Shown here piece by piece: positions 23,435 to 36,214 of a stretch of DNA of 44,899 nt. A program made the position numbers and the translations under genes. The DNA comes from Chlorokybus atmophyticus (taxonomy: Eukaryota > Plantae > Mesostigma and Chlorokybus algae): assembly GCA_009103225.1 (NCBI GenBank), contig RHPI01001709.1, positions 6,488 through 51,386 on the forward strand, written 5' to 3'. Numbering within the stretch: the first letter of the stretch is position 1; the number at the start of each line of letters is the position of its first letter. The notes under the pieces are model-generated. The model saw only the letters and a list, made by a program, of their open reading frames with translations, was not told the origin of the DNA and ran no database searches.

Positions 23435-23667
23435 GTTGACTGTGTGTCTTACAGCACAGCATGTGCATTAAGGAGGACACCGCCTCCACATGTCCGTGTT
23501 ACTCAACGACAGCGGAGCAGCTCCACCAAGCGCTTCTTACTATACGAGCTGGGTTATCTTTTACTTTTGCTACATGTTACAACATGTTGCAGCACCAGGG
23601 CGAGCCAGCATGTCTTTCCCTGCAGCGGCCCGAGACAACGTGACCCTCGACTCTCCTCGACCCGACA
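23435..23667 (+). repeat. 3' LTR of DNMT-Ty3 copy B
   Basis: GTTGACTGTG...CCCGACA, roughly 85% identical by eye to 11769-12001. Confidence 0.75.
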
Positions 23668-26600
23668 TGCTTTATCAACTCGACAAACCATGTGTCAAGT
23701 GCATAAGCTTGTGGCAAACGATCCACAATGTCCTTAACATTAATAGCCATTGGTTCCTCTTCACCTAAGTTGAAAGACTCTACTGATGCTTTAGTTAAGG
23801 GTGCAGACCCTTGTGGGCTATGTGCCATCTGAACGTCATGTTGAGTGTTGATTGTACGTTGAGTGCGTGTTTTCACACCAAAACTCGATTCCGGTGCGAT
23901 AATAGTAGGTATCATCTCATCACTGGCAAACAAACGTTGAGTGCCATAAGTGTCACCGAATAGTGCAATGTTGCTTTTAGCAGTGGCAGTCTTCGTCGAC
24001 CCTGCTCGCGCATGTGCGCGCGTTGTTGCTGTCATAAGCATGGGGGACCGACTTAATGGGTTTGCCATATGTATTCCCTTGACCTGGTCTGTAAACCCAA
24101 GTAAAGTTGAAACGTTACAGCATCTCAGCCCACTGTGCTTAACTTCTTGACAGCGTTAATTGGGCCAAAAAAGAAGTGAGGGTTTTGTGGTTGGTGATAA
24201 CTGTAAACCCGCCTTCTATCCCCTCCAGGTAGCAGCGCCACTCCTGTAGTGCATGAACAACCCCCAACAACTCTTGCTCGGTTGTTGTGTAGTTCGTCTT
24301 CGCTGCAGAGAACTTCTTGCTCAAGTAAGCAAGTGGGTGTCCACTCTGAAGCAACACAACTCTAGTGCCCTCTATGGATGCGTCGCTTATCACCTCAAAG
24401 GGCTGGGTATAGTCCGGCAATTGCAATACCGGTGCTGTTACCATGGCCTCTTGACCGGACTCAAAGGCTTCTTGCTGCCCTTGTGCCCACCACACGACTT
24501 TGTCACGTAACAAGTTTGTGAGAGGGGCAACTCGCGACGAGTAACCCAAAATGTATTTACGCAAATAGTTACTCAGTCTTAAGAATGCACGTAAATCGTG
24601 CACATTATTAGGGCTCGGCCATTCCTTCACCTTAGCAACCTTATTTGGGTTCGGGCGCACGCCCTCCTTGCTCACAATGTGACTCCAATTCCGTTTTGCC
24701 AAACTCACAGTTGGGCATATATGCAAAGAACCTATGCGCACAAAATGTATCCAACACCTCACGCACATGCGCAACATGCGCCATAGGGTCCTTGCTGAAT
24801 ATCAGTTTCATCGATATTCAGGTACTGTCTTACCAATCAGCTCATGGAACACATGGTTCATCATAGCTTAAAAGGTGGCCGGCGCATTCCTCAGCTCAAA
24901 ATGCAGGCTCTTGTACCAGAAATGGCCAAGCGGCGTACGAAACGCTGTCTTAAACACATCTTTCGACGTTATGCGGATCTGATGATACCCACTAATCAAG
25001 TCCAAGGATGTAAACATTAAGGCACCACTCAATTGATTCAACAGATCATCTATCTGAGGTAGTGGATACCTATTATCGTAATGGTCAGCTTGTTCAAGGC
25101 TCTATAGTCTACGCTCAGGTGTAGCCTACCATCCTTCTGTGGCACGAAGAAGATTGGTGCTCCGAAGGGAGAGCTATTAAGCTCTATCGATCCCGTCTCA
25201 AGCAAGGCCTTGATGTGCTTCTCCATGTCCGCAAACTCTGCTGGACTTAGCCTATACACAGGCCTAAATGAAGGTTGCATATCCGGCACAAGAGGGATTG
25301 TATGCCATACATCTCTTTCCGATGGCAACTCAGGCATATTAGCTTTATACACATCAGAACATTCATGCATCAGAGCTTTTAAGCCTGGATGACAATGACA
25401 ACGATCAGACTCACCTTTTGGCGCGGTTCCAAAGTCACAAGTGGCAAACAGCAGCTGTCTGACATTTGCTGCCATCTTTTGCGCCGGTTGGCGAACTGGT
25501 GTCGTTTATGGCAGTCTTCGTCGAGACCAAGAAAAAAAGGGGTTGTGCTCCTTGCCGAACAGCTCTCTTCACCTGCATGGCACTTAGCAAGAGTGGTGTT
25601 GGTTCCGCTAATGAATTAGGGTTTGAGGTGGGTGCCTCATCACACCCATCTGCCCTTAAGGTCACACGACCTCCTCCTTTGCGTACACTGCAAAGTTTAG
25701 TGTCCGCGTCAGTGCGCAAACCACATGCTCGCTGCCAGCGGCTACCGATGATGACATCAATGCCTGACACCTCTACGGGAACTACAAGGAATTATAGCTG
25801 AGCATGGTAACCTTGTACACACAAAGATAGATGCACAGCTAACTGAACAGAACATAACTGAGTTGAACAACCAATTTGGCGCCCGAAGAGACTTGAAGCG
25901 AGGCATCATCTTGTTGGCGCTTGTGGCAGCTAGCTTGGCCGCTTGTTGCTCATGCAGGTCCTTCAAGGATGCATTAGCCGCGGTCAGCTCCGCGTGTTGT
26001 TCATGCATGGTTGCCATCTGGTCCTTCAGCTCCGCGAGCTGAGCGGCCGTTAAGGAAGCCTCCATAGCAGCCGTTGATGCCAATAGTAGTTGCCAACTGC
26101 TCGTGCACAAGCACCGAGTTAATGCACAGGCTATGGCAACAAGTACTAGCAAAGTATGTCGCAATGACACACACTCGACATACTTTTTAGCGTGACTAAG
26201 GGCCCACATGCACTATGCATGCTCATGCACAATGCGAGGCAGTAATTCTATACTACCAGTGATAATGCACTATCAGCTTGACACAATGCCACACCGTGCA
26301 TGCAAGCAATGCTTCCACACATGCACAACGTGGCTATGCACATATATCAACGGATGCATGCGATGCGATTGTAGCAGCGCCGATACCAATGTAATGTTCC
26401 TACACTTACTTGCTTGCTCTGTAGCAAACCAGACTTGTGCACACACACAAAGACTTGTCGCCGAACACAAGGGAGCGATAGCAGGTGGAGGAGGTCCAGC
26501 AACACCACTTCAAGGAGAAGAGGACGCTCACCAGTCAATACAACCCCCACCACACCACGCTTCCCGACTTAACAACACACCACCAGCCCACAAGGGATGG

Positions 26601-27283
26601 TAGAGAGGGAGAGCCCATTAAACAGGCACCTACACACAAGTGGCTTTGCTGTAGTGCACCACACATGATACCTACACTAAGCTTACACAAGCTTATGTAC
26701 TCACTTGCTGCTCTCCCGACCTGACACAGCAATTTCAAAGACCAAGAAGGCCTCGTTACGGTGTGCTGATTTGTCTTATGACATGTTCCACCTATGGACT
26801 TAAAATCTCACCTCGGAAACATCAACATAGGTCCGAGGTGCTTCTCCTAGGCTGCATGTCCAACACAGGACATGTCCCATCACAGGACATCAAACTCGGA
26901 GTGTCTGCCACAAGACGACACATGATGACATAAATGCCTTTCTGCTGCTTGCAGCAAGAATATGATGGCAATCAGTGTCATATTGACATAAATTGCCACG
27001 GACAGTTCACAATTGCCTCCAGAGTGTTAAATCTGGTCACTATTGTCATAACAGTCATAGACAAGGCGGATTTGGCCATGAGCAGTAAATGACTCCGTGC
27101 TCGTCCAAATCAACGTTATGTGTAGTACTGTGTCTTAGTCTCTTAAAAAGACATAGATGACTGTATGAGCATACCTGTAAAGCACTACACAGCTTGACAA
27201 GCGGAGTCCTCACTTAGTCCCTCTTACTTACTACATAAGTAAGGAAGCCAAGAGTGACTTTTGCCAGCCCTGTGGGCGTGACA
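23668..27283 (-). mobile_element. Ty3/Gypsy element 2 (5' LTR, PBS, deleted gag/PR, RT, RNaseH), cut after RNase H by the copy B LTR
   Basis: PBS TGGTATCGGCGC at 26377-26388. LTR 26390-27283 with minus-strand ends TGTCA...TTACA. PR end DVIIGSRW. RT SPFGAPIFFVPQKDGRLHLSVDYRALN. RNaseH FEVISDAS...NYTTTEQELLGVVHALQEWRCYL. Confidence 0.8.
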
Positions 27284-28385
27284 GTGGGAGTGCTGTGTGT
27301 GATGTATGCAAATGTTAGCTCATTACCATCGAACCCGGTTTAATGGCTCAGTGAGTTAAGCATGTGACATCAGTAGGACACAATAAGGATCCTGTAACAT
27401 GCATAAGCATGCATTGTTTCGGCAGCGTAATTGATCAAACAATTAAGGTTTGACTAGGCCGTATCATTAAAGCAAGTTGCCACGCATGTTGGTGTACTTG
27501 AGTATGTCATTTTATGGCTCAATTGCATGCACTCTTATGCCCGGCATAAGTTATGCATGCCGTCCAATATGCAACATTTCCGTGTGTTGCAATGTGAGCA
27601 TGGCATCACTTAATGTTTTGTTGCAGTGCAAACGACGCAAAGCACTTGCAAGTACATATACCCACACGGCAACTTACTTGCGTTAACACTCCAATTGGTG
27701 ATTATGGGTGGGTGGGCCTTATGGGTGTGGCTGTGGCCGTGGCTATGGGTGTGGTTGTGTGGCGCTCACCATTCCACCATGGACACCGATATGTGAATGT
27801 GTGAATGGCGCATGCCATAGCACAACATACCCCGGGCTTGGGCTAGGCTGGATGCTTGAGCATACACATATGCTCAAGCATTTGGGGTACATAGGTTGAG
27901 CTGACAGAGCACATAACTTGACAATGGTAGCTTGAATGTGATGATGGCTGTGGTAGACGGCTGCTGTGCATGTGAATGTGCATGTCTACCAACTGAGTGC
28001 GCATGCAAACACACCTTGTGCATGTATGATACAGCACCCCATACAGCATTGCATTTGCACTACTTGGTGACGCCACATGTGCAACTTCGCCGCCACCTCA
28101 TGCATATTGTTTGTGCCAACCTTGTCGGAACTGCGCTCGTTTGATGGCAATGCTACCGACCACACATGCATGCAACTATGGCAATCAACGTCTTATTTTG
28201 CTCCGCATGCAACACGCAGACGAGTTGTCACGTTCTACCATCTCTAGAATGAGGGGTCAGACACGTCATGTGTACCAGCAACTGTTGCGACATCTTGGCA
28301 TAGTTGTTCAGCGAGTAGCTGAAACCCTCCAGATGTACATAGTTACTTGACACGGATGTGCTGCTGCACAGGTTGACAACCGCCC

Positions 28386-30404
28386 TCAGCTAGACACGCG
28401 CACCTTGAGCCTTCGCTGCGTAGCAAAAGCCGCCTTGAAATCTTCAAAACGCTGCTCCACAACAGCTTGCCGTGCGCAGTTGAAGAACTGGAGAAAGTGA
28501 TGGTAGTTGTGACTGCATCATTAGCAACTTGTTGGTGTCTACAGGCACTGGTGTCCAATCATGCATGCTATGTATAGTTGGATGGCACTTACATGCCCAA
28601 CAAGACCTCTGCGAGCATCTCGTGCGTATTCAGCAGGTGATGCAAATATGCGCGCGAGTGCCGCTTGCACGTATAACACGTGCAGCCCGGTAGGACCGGA
28701 GAGTCATCACGCCTGACATGAGTATGCAGCTCAATTCAGTACAAGCCATGCATGAATGGTGAAGGCAGCACAGAATCCTCATGCTTCCGGCGCCAGCAAT
28801 AGCCTGTACCTGTGAGTGATGGACCTCAAATTAATCTTAGCTGCATCTGAGCCGCTTGAAACACCAGCAGCTAGGTTGTTTTCGCTACCGTGACTTGTGG
28901 GAAAGGTCATAGCGTACCCGTCCACGGTCAACATGTGGGGGTATGTACTTTCAATGAGATCTATTCCATGACTGATGCAGTCAAGCACCTGCACAAAGCC
29001 CATGTGTTGCTGCTGGTGTCCATCCTGCGGAGTGATGCACACACAACTGTTATGTTCAAGCATACTACACACACAAGCATACCTCCTCTGGCATGCCCAG
29101 TCCGCTAATATGCCTTGGTTTGTCGGGTGGAAGAAGCTTCAGCACAGATTGCAAAATCTCCTGTCTCAGCTCTGGTGTCTCACCCATGCCCAGCCCGGCA
29201 ATGGAGAAGCCCGCAACGTCCCTTTGTGCAGTTGCTGTCGCCAATCGCATACGTTCCTCTATAGAATTCACGCCTTGGATTGAGCCCAACACGCTGCCGG
29301 CCCAACTAGTTGAACTACTTGAAGCGCTAATGCAATGGTCAAGCCATTCCAGCGAGCGATCCACAGCAACTTTTCTGCGCTTCACGCTTGCAGAAACTGA
29401 GACCTCATCTGCGATTGCCACAAACAGATGCGGGCGAAGGGCTTGTACGACTCGCATGTACAAGTCCGGGGTAAGCTGGACGCACAATGGTGTTCAGCAT
29501 TGCAGTCATGCAACACATAAAAGACACATGCTTGCATTACAGCTTACTGGACGGCGGCCGCATGGCGTGGCAATAGCCACAACTCCGCTTCGCATAGGTC
29601 GATCGACGTCCGCCAGCAGCGGGTCGCGCAAGGATGCTAGCAGCATGAAGCGGTCGCTGATGCTAAGAAACCCCTGCGCTCCACCGCCGTGGCCTTCTAG
29701 CACGGAAGGATCTGGTTGGTCCAGGCTATGCTGAAATCAATAAGCTCTTGCAAAGCAGCATTGCATGCAGGATAACCGTCCTTACAAGCAGCAATGTTCT
29801 TACAAGTGAGCAGGGTTGATGCTCATAGCCCTTGCAGAAGGTAAAGCTTCCAGCACATCTGGCGTCAAGTGCACCGGCAGCCCTCGCCGTGTGTACATCA
29901 AAAGCGCGGGCGTTGTGAGCTCCTGCAATGCCCGCCATGCTGAGACAGTAGGCTTGTAGCCGCAAGCCATTACAAGTTTGCAAAGCAACGAGAAGAATAT
30001 AAACTGGAGATGGAAAATTCTAATGACCTGCAAGCAGCAACTGCCTGTAGTAGTTGATGGAAATCGAGATGGACCTATCTACAATCGTAATGTGTCTCGA
30101 TAATCTATGTTGGCCACTGACCCTCAGTGACCAGCAACAATCTGTGTGTCATTAAAAATCGCACAGATTGAAGTGCACAGCAGACACTATGAGACCTGAG
30201 GTCATGCTGGTGAATATGAGAGAGAGCCAAGAGCATTACCGTGGCAGCTTCAGCTGGACTGCTCGCAGGGCCCCCCTGGGCCGCAGCAGCTGGCGACTGT
30301 GGGGGAGGCAAAGAGAGCGTCAGCACGCCCGCACGGGCGGCGCCGCATGTCGACTGCACCTGGAACATCCTGCTCACCCGCGCCACCAACGCCGCCGCCA
30401 ACAT
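28386..30404 (-). CDS. QTRT2: Queuine tRNA-ribosyltransferase accessory subunit-like (TGT family), multi-exon
   Basis: [25 protein letters not shown]...[29 protein letters not shown], zinc site CTCYTC...SRAYLHHLL and HNYHHF. Exons are separated by short GT-AG introns. Confidence 0.85.
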
Positions 30405-30703
30405 TTACATTTACTTTGGTACTGCATGATGCGCTGATTGCATTGAGTAGCCCTGGAAAGAGCTGGAGACAAGCCCTAGATACGTCAGCGTCAGCGAGGT
30501 ACAGATGGTGTTTCGAGTACGCGATACCGGCTCCAAGTACGGCAGACTAAAATACGGTCAGCCGCCATGCGTGGAAGCAAGTTGCAGGCGGTGGCGGCGG
30601 CGGTGGAGGCGGCGGTGGTGGCGGTCTGCTAGTCGTTGACATGGTAGGCTAGTTGTTCGGCTAGTGGTCTTGTTGAAGTGGTGGAAATTTGATCTCGGAA
30701 GCT
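30405..30703. promoter_or_regulatory. Putative bidirectional promoter (QTRT2/ATAD3)
   Basis: Divergent ATGs about 300 bp apart. Confidence 0.5.
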
Positions 30704-33546
30704 ATGGCTTGGGCTAGGAGAGCTGCGAAGCACCTGCTGCCGCCCGCCGCCGGCTTGGGGGCGGTGGCGGTGGTGGGCGCGCCTTCCGTCGCCGCCGCGG
30801 CTGCGCCCGACAAGGAGATTACCAGGGGCGTCACCGGCTTCGATGCAGAGGCCCTTGAGCGCGGAGCCAAGGCGCTCAGGGAGATTGCAGCTTCTCCACA
30901 TGCCAAGGAGGTGTGTGCTTATGGTTGCCTTCGCATGCTTCAGCTGTGGCCTTCACGCTGCATGCACCACGGCTTACACCATTGCTCACAGCCGGCGCTT
31001 GCGAGCAGGTTTTGAGGCTTACCCAGAAGCAGGAGGACACCAAGCAGTCCGAGGAGAAGACCAAGCATGCAGAATACCTGGCCATGCAAGCCAATGCTCA
31101 AGTGGTAGGTTGTTCTTCGGTGACATGTAGGGTTGACAGTATAGCTTGGGGTTTACAGCTTGGTCGTTGTTTTGGCCTTCGCGATGTGACAGTGCAACCT
31201 TACATGGCATGCATGCTCCTCTACAGGAAGCAGAGAAGGCACGGTGGCAGGGCCAACAGCAGCTTGTGAAGCAGAATGCTGAGACGAAGGCTGCTCTTGC
31301 ACGTTATGAAGATGAGCTCGCTCGGCAACGCATGCAGGCATGCCTTGTCGTTGTCATTGGCCTTGTCATTGTTGTTGCAGCAGTGTGTAGTGCTCTCAGC
31401 CTTTTGACTTGCTCCACTCTCTTGTGGCTGAGCGCTTTGTTGACATGACGGTGCTGCTGCTTTTGTGTAGGCAGAGCACGAGGCACAACGTATTAGAAAC
31501 GCAGAGCTTGTGAAGATGCAAGAGGAGTCGTTGAACAGGCAGGAAGCTGTCCGACGTGCCACGGAGGAACGCATCCAGTATGAGCGACGGCAAACAGATG
31601 CCCAGCGTGCCGAGCTTGAAAGGGAAAACATTCGCGCACGAGCTCTTGCAGAAGCTGAAGGCCGGTATGCATGCTGCAAGCTGTTTCATGTGCACTTGCT
31701 TGTCTTGTAACATGCGGCACGTACACTCTCATGTGACGAAAGTGACTCGTTGTGTGCATAGGGCGCTGGAGGCTCGACAGAATGAGGACTTGAACAGGAG
31801 ACAGTTGCTAGCACGCGCAGAAGCTGAAAGGCAAAAGCTCATGGAGGCCATCAATGTCACCTTCAATCGCATTGGCAGTGGAGTTAGCGAAGTGCTGAAC
31901 GATCGCAACAAGATGTTGGCCGTCGTGGGCGGCTCATCCTTGCTCGCGCTTGGTTTTTTTGGGTCAAGAGAGGGCATGCGCACGCTGTTCCAGCAAATCC
32001 AGCAGGTGTTGGGGCAGCCCTCTCTCATCAGAGAATCAACTAGACGAAGACCATGGGCACGTGGCAGCGGGTTTTCATCACAAGCGGCATCGGCTAGCGA
32101 CGGGTTTGGTGATGTGGTCCTCAACAAGAATCTTCTTGAGCGCGTGTCTGCACTGGCAAATGCTACTGCCAACACTGCAAAGCACAGGTATGTTTGTTGC
32201 TAGAGGTGACTCACAGCTCTATCGCCTCCTTGCCAGCTTCTAACAATTATTCTTGGGCTGGACAGAGCACCATTTAGGCACATACTGTTCTATGGACCTC
32301 CAGGGACAGGCAAGACGATGGCAGCCAAGCAGCTTGCCAGGCAATCGGTAATGGCTTGGCTTGGCTTGTGCAGTATGGCTGGCCAGGTCCCGGCGTAAAC
32401 ATATTTTACATTGCTTGCATGTGCAGGGCTTGGACTATGCCATGATGAGTGGCGGAGATGTTGCACCTCTTGGCAAGGTATTGCTACTTGCCTTGTGCTT
32501 GAAAGGCATGTTGAAACACGCTATTCATGACCCAGTGATGAAAACTCCAAACCAGCCTAGGTTGACTCTGTCAGCCAGATGAAGGCAGTTTTGTCATAGT
32601 TACACTGATGGGGCCCCTGTCGCGCATGCTAGTCCACCCGTTGGTTGGTCGGCGACACACTCTCAGTGCATTGACCTCTTCACAGGATGCTGTTACCAAA
32701 ATTCACAACATCCTGGACTGGAGTCAGAAGAACAGGAGAGGGATGCTGCTGTTCATTGATGAAGCAGATGCATTCCTGTCCAGGTAACAGACTGTCCAGG
32801 GTGCAGGAAAACAGGAAGGGCGTGTGTGCTCTTGTAACTAATTTGGCATATGCAGGCGTGGCTCAGAGCACATGAGTGAGAACATGCGCAGTGCATTGAA
32901 TGCGATGCTGTTTCGCACTGGAGATCAGGTGCGGCCGCTGGCATACTGTTCGTTCAATTAGCTAAGAGTGCCTTGCAACTGGTTGCACAATCCGCTCTAC
33001 TAGACAATTAACCCAACCACCGTTACCTGGCAAGCAGTCGCACAACTTTGGCATGGTACTTGCGACCAATCGACCGGAAGATTTGGACGAGGCCTTGGTG
33101 GACCGCGTGGATGAGGCGCTGGAGTTCCCCCTTCCCGGTCCCGAGGAGCGCCACAAGATCCTCAAGTTGTACTTGGACAAGTACATTGTTAATGCTGGAA
33201 AGGAGTCCAGGAAGGGCTGGCTGGGATGGCTGCGCGGGCCCATGGAGCCCATACGCATTGAAGGCCTCAGTGACGACGACTTGAAGGAAGCCGCGGATAA
33301 GCTGGAGGGCTTCTCTGGCAGAGAGCTGGCGAAGTTGATGGCGAGTGTCCAAGGGTGAGTGTGGTTGTTGTGTGGCACAGTTGGTGAGGACAAATGGCCA
33401 TGCATTGCGGCTGACATTAAATATGATCTTTCAGTGAGGTGTATGGGCGCCCAGAGAACGTGTTGACGGCAAACTTGTTCAAGCGCGTCGTGGATTACAA
33501 GTTGCACGAGCACAATGAGAAGAAGCAGTTTGGCATGGTGACATAA
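30704..33546 (+). CDS. ATAD3: ATPase family AAA domain-containing protein 3 (mitochondrial), multi-exon
   Basis: N-terminal GFDAEALERGAKALREI with coiled coils (DUF3523-like). Walker A LFYGPPGTGKT, Walker B LLFIDEADAFL and VLATNRPEDLDEALVDR. Confidence 0.92.
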
Positions 33547-34657
33547 GTCACCAAGGTTTGGTTGCTGGCTAGAGTTGTTACTGTTGATAGGGCTAATTGA
33601 TTGATTGCTGCTGCAGTTGTGTTGACTGCAGTCATGAATAGGTGTCTTTCCCCGTAATTGCGGAATGTAGTGTGCTACTGGCCTGTTTGGCATGTGTACA
33701 CAAAATGCAGGACACGCATGTGCTGTCAGCGTTTTGCTGAACACATTTCAGCTCCAGCTCCATCTGCGCGTGCAACATGTGGTTCGCTGTGTGTCAGGCA
33801 GCACACTGCATAGTCTTCCCACATGCTCTTGTTGATGCAAAGACAAACCTAAAGCACTGCTGCAGACAGCTGTAGGTAGTATGTACTTAGCCCGGTGGTT
33901 GGGATAGAGATGAGTGTGGTCTGTGTAGTGTCAATGCATGTCGTGCATGTTGCATACATCACGTGCATATTCTGACCACTTGCAACATGCAAATGGTCAC
34001 ATGTCACTCTATTCAAACTGTCACTGGTTGCGTTAGGAGCTTTGTGCCAATTCGAGCGGCGAGCAGTCAGATTATCCAGGATGATCACAAAGTGGCAAGG
34101 GCAAAATACAATTGGCAAGCCTGCGCAGTCAACCCAAGACGTTGACTGACACAATTCTTTGGGTATTGTGACCTGCCTATAGTGTTAAGCAAATGCCTAT
34201 AGTGTTAAGCAAAGCACACAAAGCAGTGTACCAGGCGAAGAATCCTCCGCGGACTTGTTGTATATAATATAGGATGCAAGGATTGTATGTCCAATGCAGG
34301 AGGAAGTTAAGCAGCATGCTGTTTGCCACTGCTCTATGCACTGGACGTGCATTTTAAGTATGGCAGTAACTTTGCACACAATCAACACCTACATTATGTC
34401 CAATGTGTGTTTGTTGGTATGATCAGGTGGACAGCAACTCTATACACAATGCATCCCTTGCGCAAGACTTATCAATGCTCGTATAATGGTTCGGGCCTCT
34501 CATTGCCATCAGCATCGATATGGTCAAGGTAGTAAGGCCGGTTCCAGGGATCCTGCACGGTAACATCACAACTCACTGTTGGCCACGCACATGAGTACCG
34601 CGCATGCCATGCATGCATGCTGCTACCCTAACTTAACCAATTGACAAGCAGCAACAC

Positions 34658-35813
34658 CTAGTGCAGCATGATAGGTACCCAGATCTTTTCCTCGTCCGTC
34701 TCTCGTGGAAGCCACCCCAGCTGCTCTCTCAAGGCCTCCATGCGTGTGCGGTTGCGAGGACCTGCAAATAGCACTCAGGCAATTGCATAACATGCACGCA
34801 CACGCACACACGCGCACCCACACGCAGAGGGGCGTGCACATACACCCACCTGTGATGCATCCAGGGCGCAAGCAGAAGGGAAGGGAAGGAGCTGAAACAG
34901 GTGAAACGGACCTAAAGCAGCAGACGCCACGATCCTAACAGCAAAAGCCAAAGCATTAGAAGTTAGTACGCAGCGATAGTAAAGTAGTACCCACGTGTCC
35001 AATTCATTGCTAATACTCACAAGAACCAGGAACTCGACGATATCCATGTCGCCAGGCTTTGGACCAAACACAACCTTTGCGCGGATGTACTGGCCAGGCT
35101 GCTCCTCCAACACATCAGCCTGAATGAACAGCACCATGGTTGTTCATGAGCGCGCACACGCACACCCGAAGCACATGTGCTCACGTACCCACATGCATGC
35201 ACACACATGCAACCACACACGCACATACAATGTGACACATGCTCTCGTTTCACCTGTTGTTGCAGCAGCGCCTTCTTGAGCACTCCATACGCGCTCGCGC
35301 GTGAACCCCTGTACTGTGCATGGCCCCATGCACACATCAGAGCGCTCTGACCAGCATGCATGTATGCATGTTATTTGGTGCAACAGTTGTTTTGTTGTTG
35401 CACATTACAATCTCACTTACTGTCCATGGAGGTAGGTACTGGCTAGGGCTTTGCATTGCGCTGGTGCTCACGCAGGCAGTCGACTTGCCGCATCCTCTCA
35501 AGTGACCATCGGCCGTCAGACCTCCAACATCGCTGGCTGTACCTGCAGCTGCGCACGCCGGCTGTACCGACGCCAACGCCGCCCCTGCGGCGGAGGACAA
35601 CAACAACCCTCTCCTGGTGTATGTCGCCGCCTCTGGCGTGGCCTCAACCTCCTCCTGAGGCCACACGCACCTGCCACTGACTGACGTGGCGCTCACAGAC
35701 GGCGGTGGATGGCGTAACCTCCTTGCCCACCTCGGCTCGATGGTTGGCCCGGCCGCCGCCGCCGCCGCCGTCGCAGGCAACGCGCCACGTGGCAGCAGCT
35801 CACAATGCGCCAT
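34658..35813 (-). CDS. DUF1499-like protein, probably plastid/thylakoid-targeted, multi-exon
   Basis: Transit-peptide-like N-terminus with RRGLLL, then GCGKSTACVSTSA...YLPPW, GDMDIVEFL and C-terminal NRTRMEALREQLGW. The family call comes from remembered motif similarity. Confidence 0.6.
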
Positions 35814-36214
35814 TCTCACTTTATCAGAATGTTCTACTTTCTGAGTGTTAAGACCTTCAATCCGGATCATCTTTCACGGTGGCAAACGGCTTCACGGAAC
35901 CCGTTTAGGTGCCAACAGCAGATCTGTATAGACCTGGCAACCCCAATTCCTGGGCTTTTTCCGTCCCCACGTAAGTTTGCAAGGAATTCCATGCTGGCTT
36001 GCCCGGCAGCCTCGCATAAATCGGGGATGTTACCGTAAAACAGAAGAGGAGAAGAGAGGAGAAAAGCAAGTACTGCTGCATTTGCTGGTTTTCTGTGGAC
36101 TTTTTCAAATGTTCAATTACACTGTTCAGTCCATTGATTTGCTACTTTGGGGCGGCGACAGGGGCGGCGGTGTCGGCGGGGGCGGCGAGGAGGGGGAGGG
36201 GGGTAAGGATTGCG
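35814..36214. promoter_or_regulatory. Putative bidirectional promoter (DUF1499/KIN7)
   Basis: Divergent ATGs about 400 bp apart. Confidence 0.45.

Larger units (their letters stand above)
18065..23667 (+). mobile_element. DNMT-carrying Ty3/Gypsy retrotransposon, copy B: Zn-knuckle ORF, unknown domain, PR, DNMT, RT N-half, internal deletion, 3' LTR
   Basis: CCHC knuckles CHCCGRHGHYQKEC and CDYCHKTGHLESIC. Protease VMLDSEAEPTII (DSG decayed). Complete DNMT motif set. RT homologous to copy A up to ...ttcgcgc at about 23432, then the LTR. That 18065-20600 belongs to the same element is inferred from contiguity. Confidence 0.85.

Noticed and set aside
16509-27283. One full-length chromovirus enclosing copy B
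   Set aside because: The two LTRs match over only 20 nt and there is no TSD.
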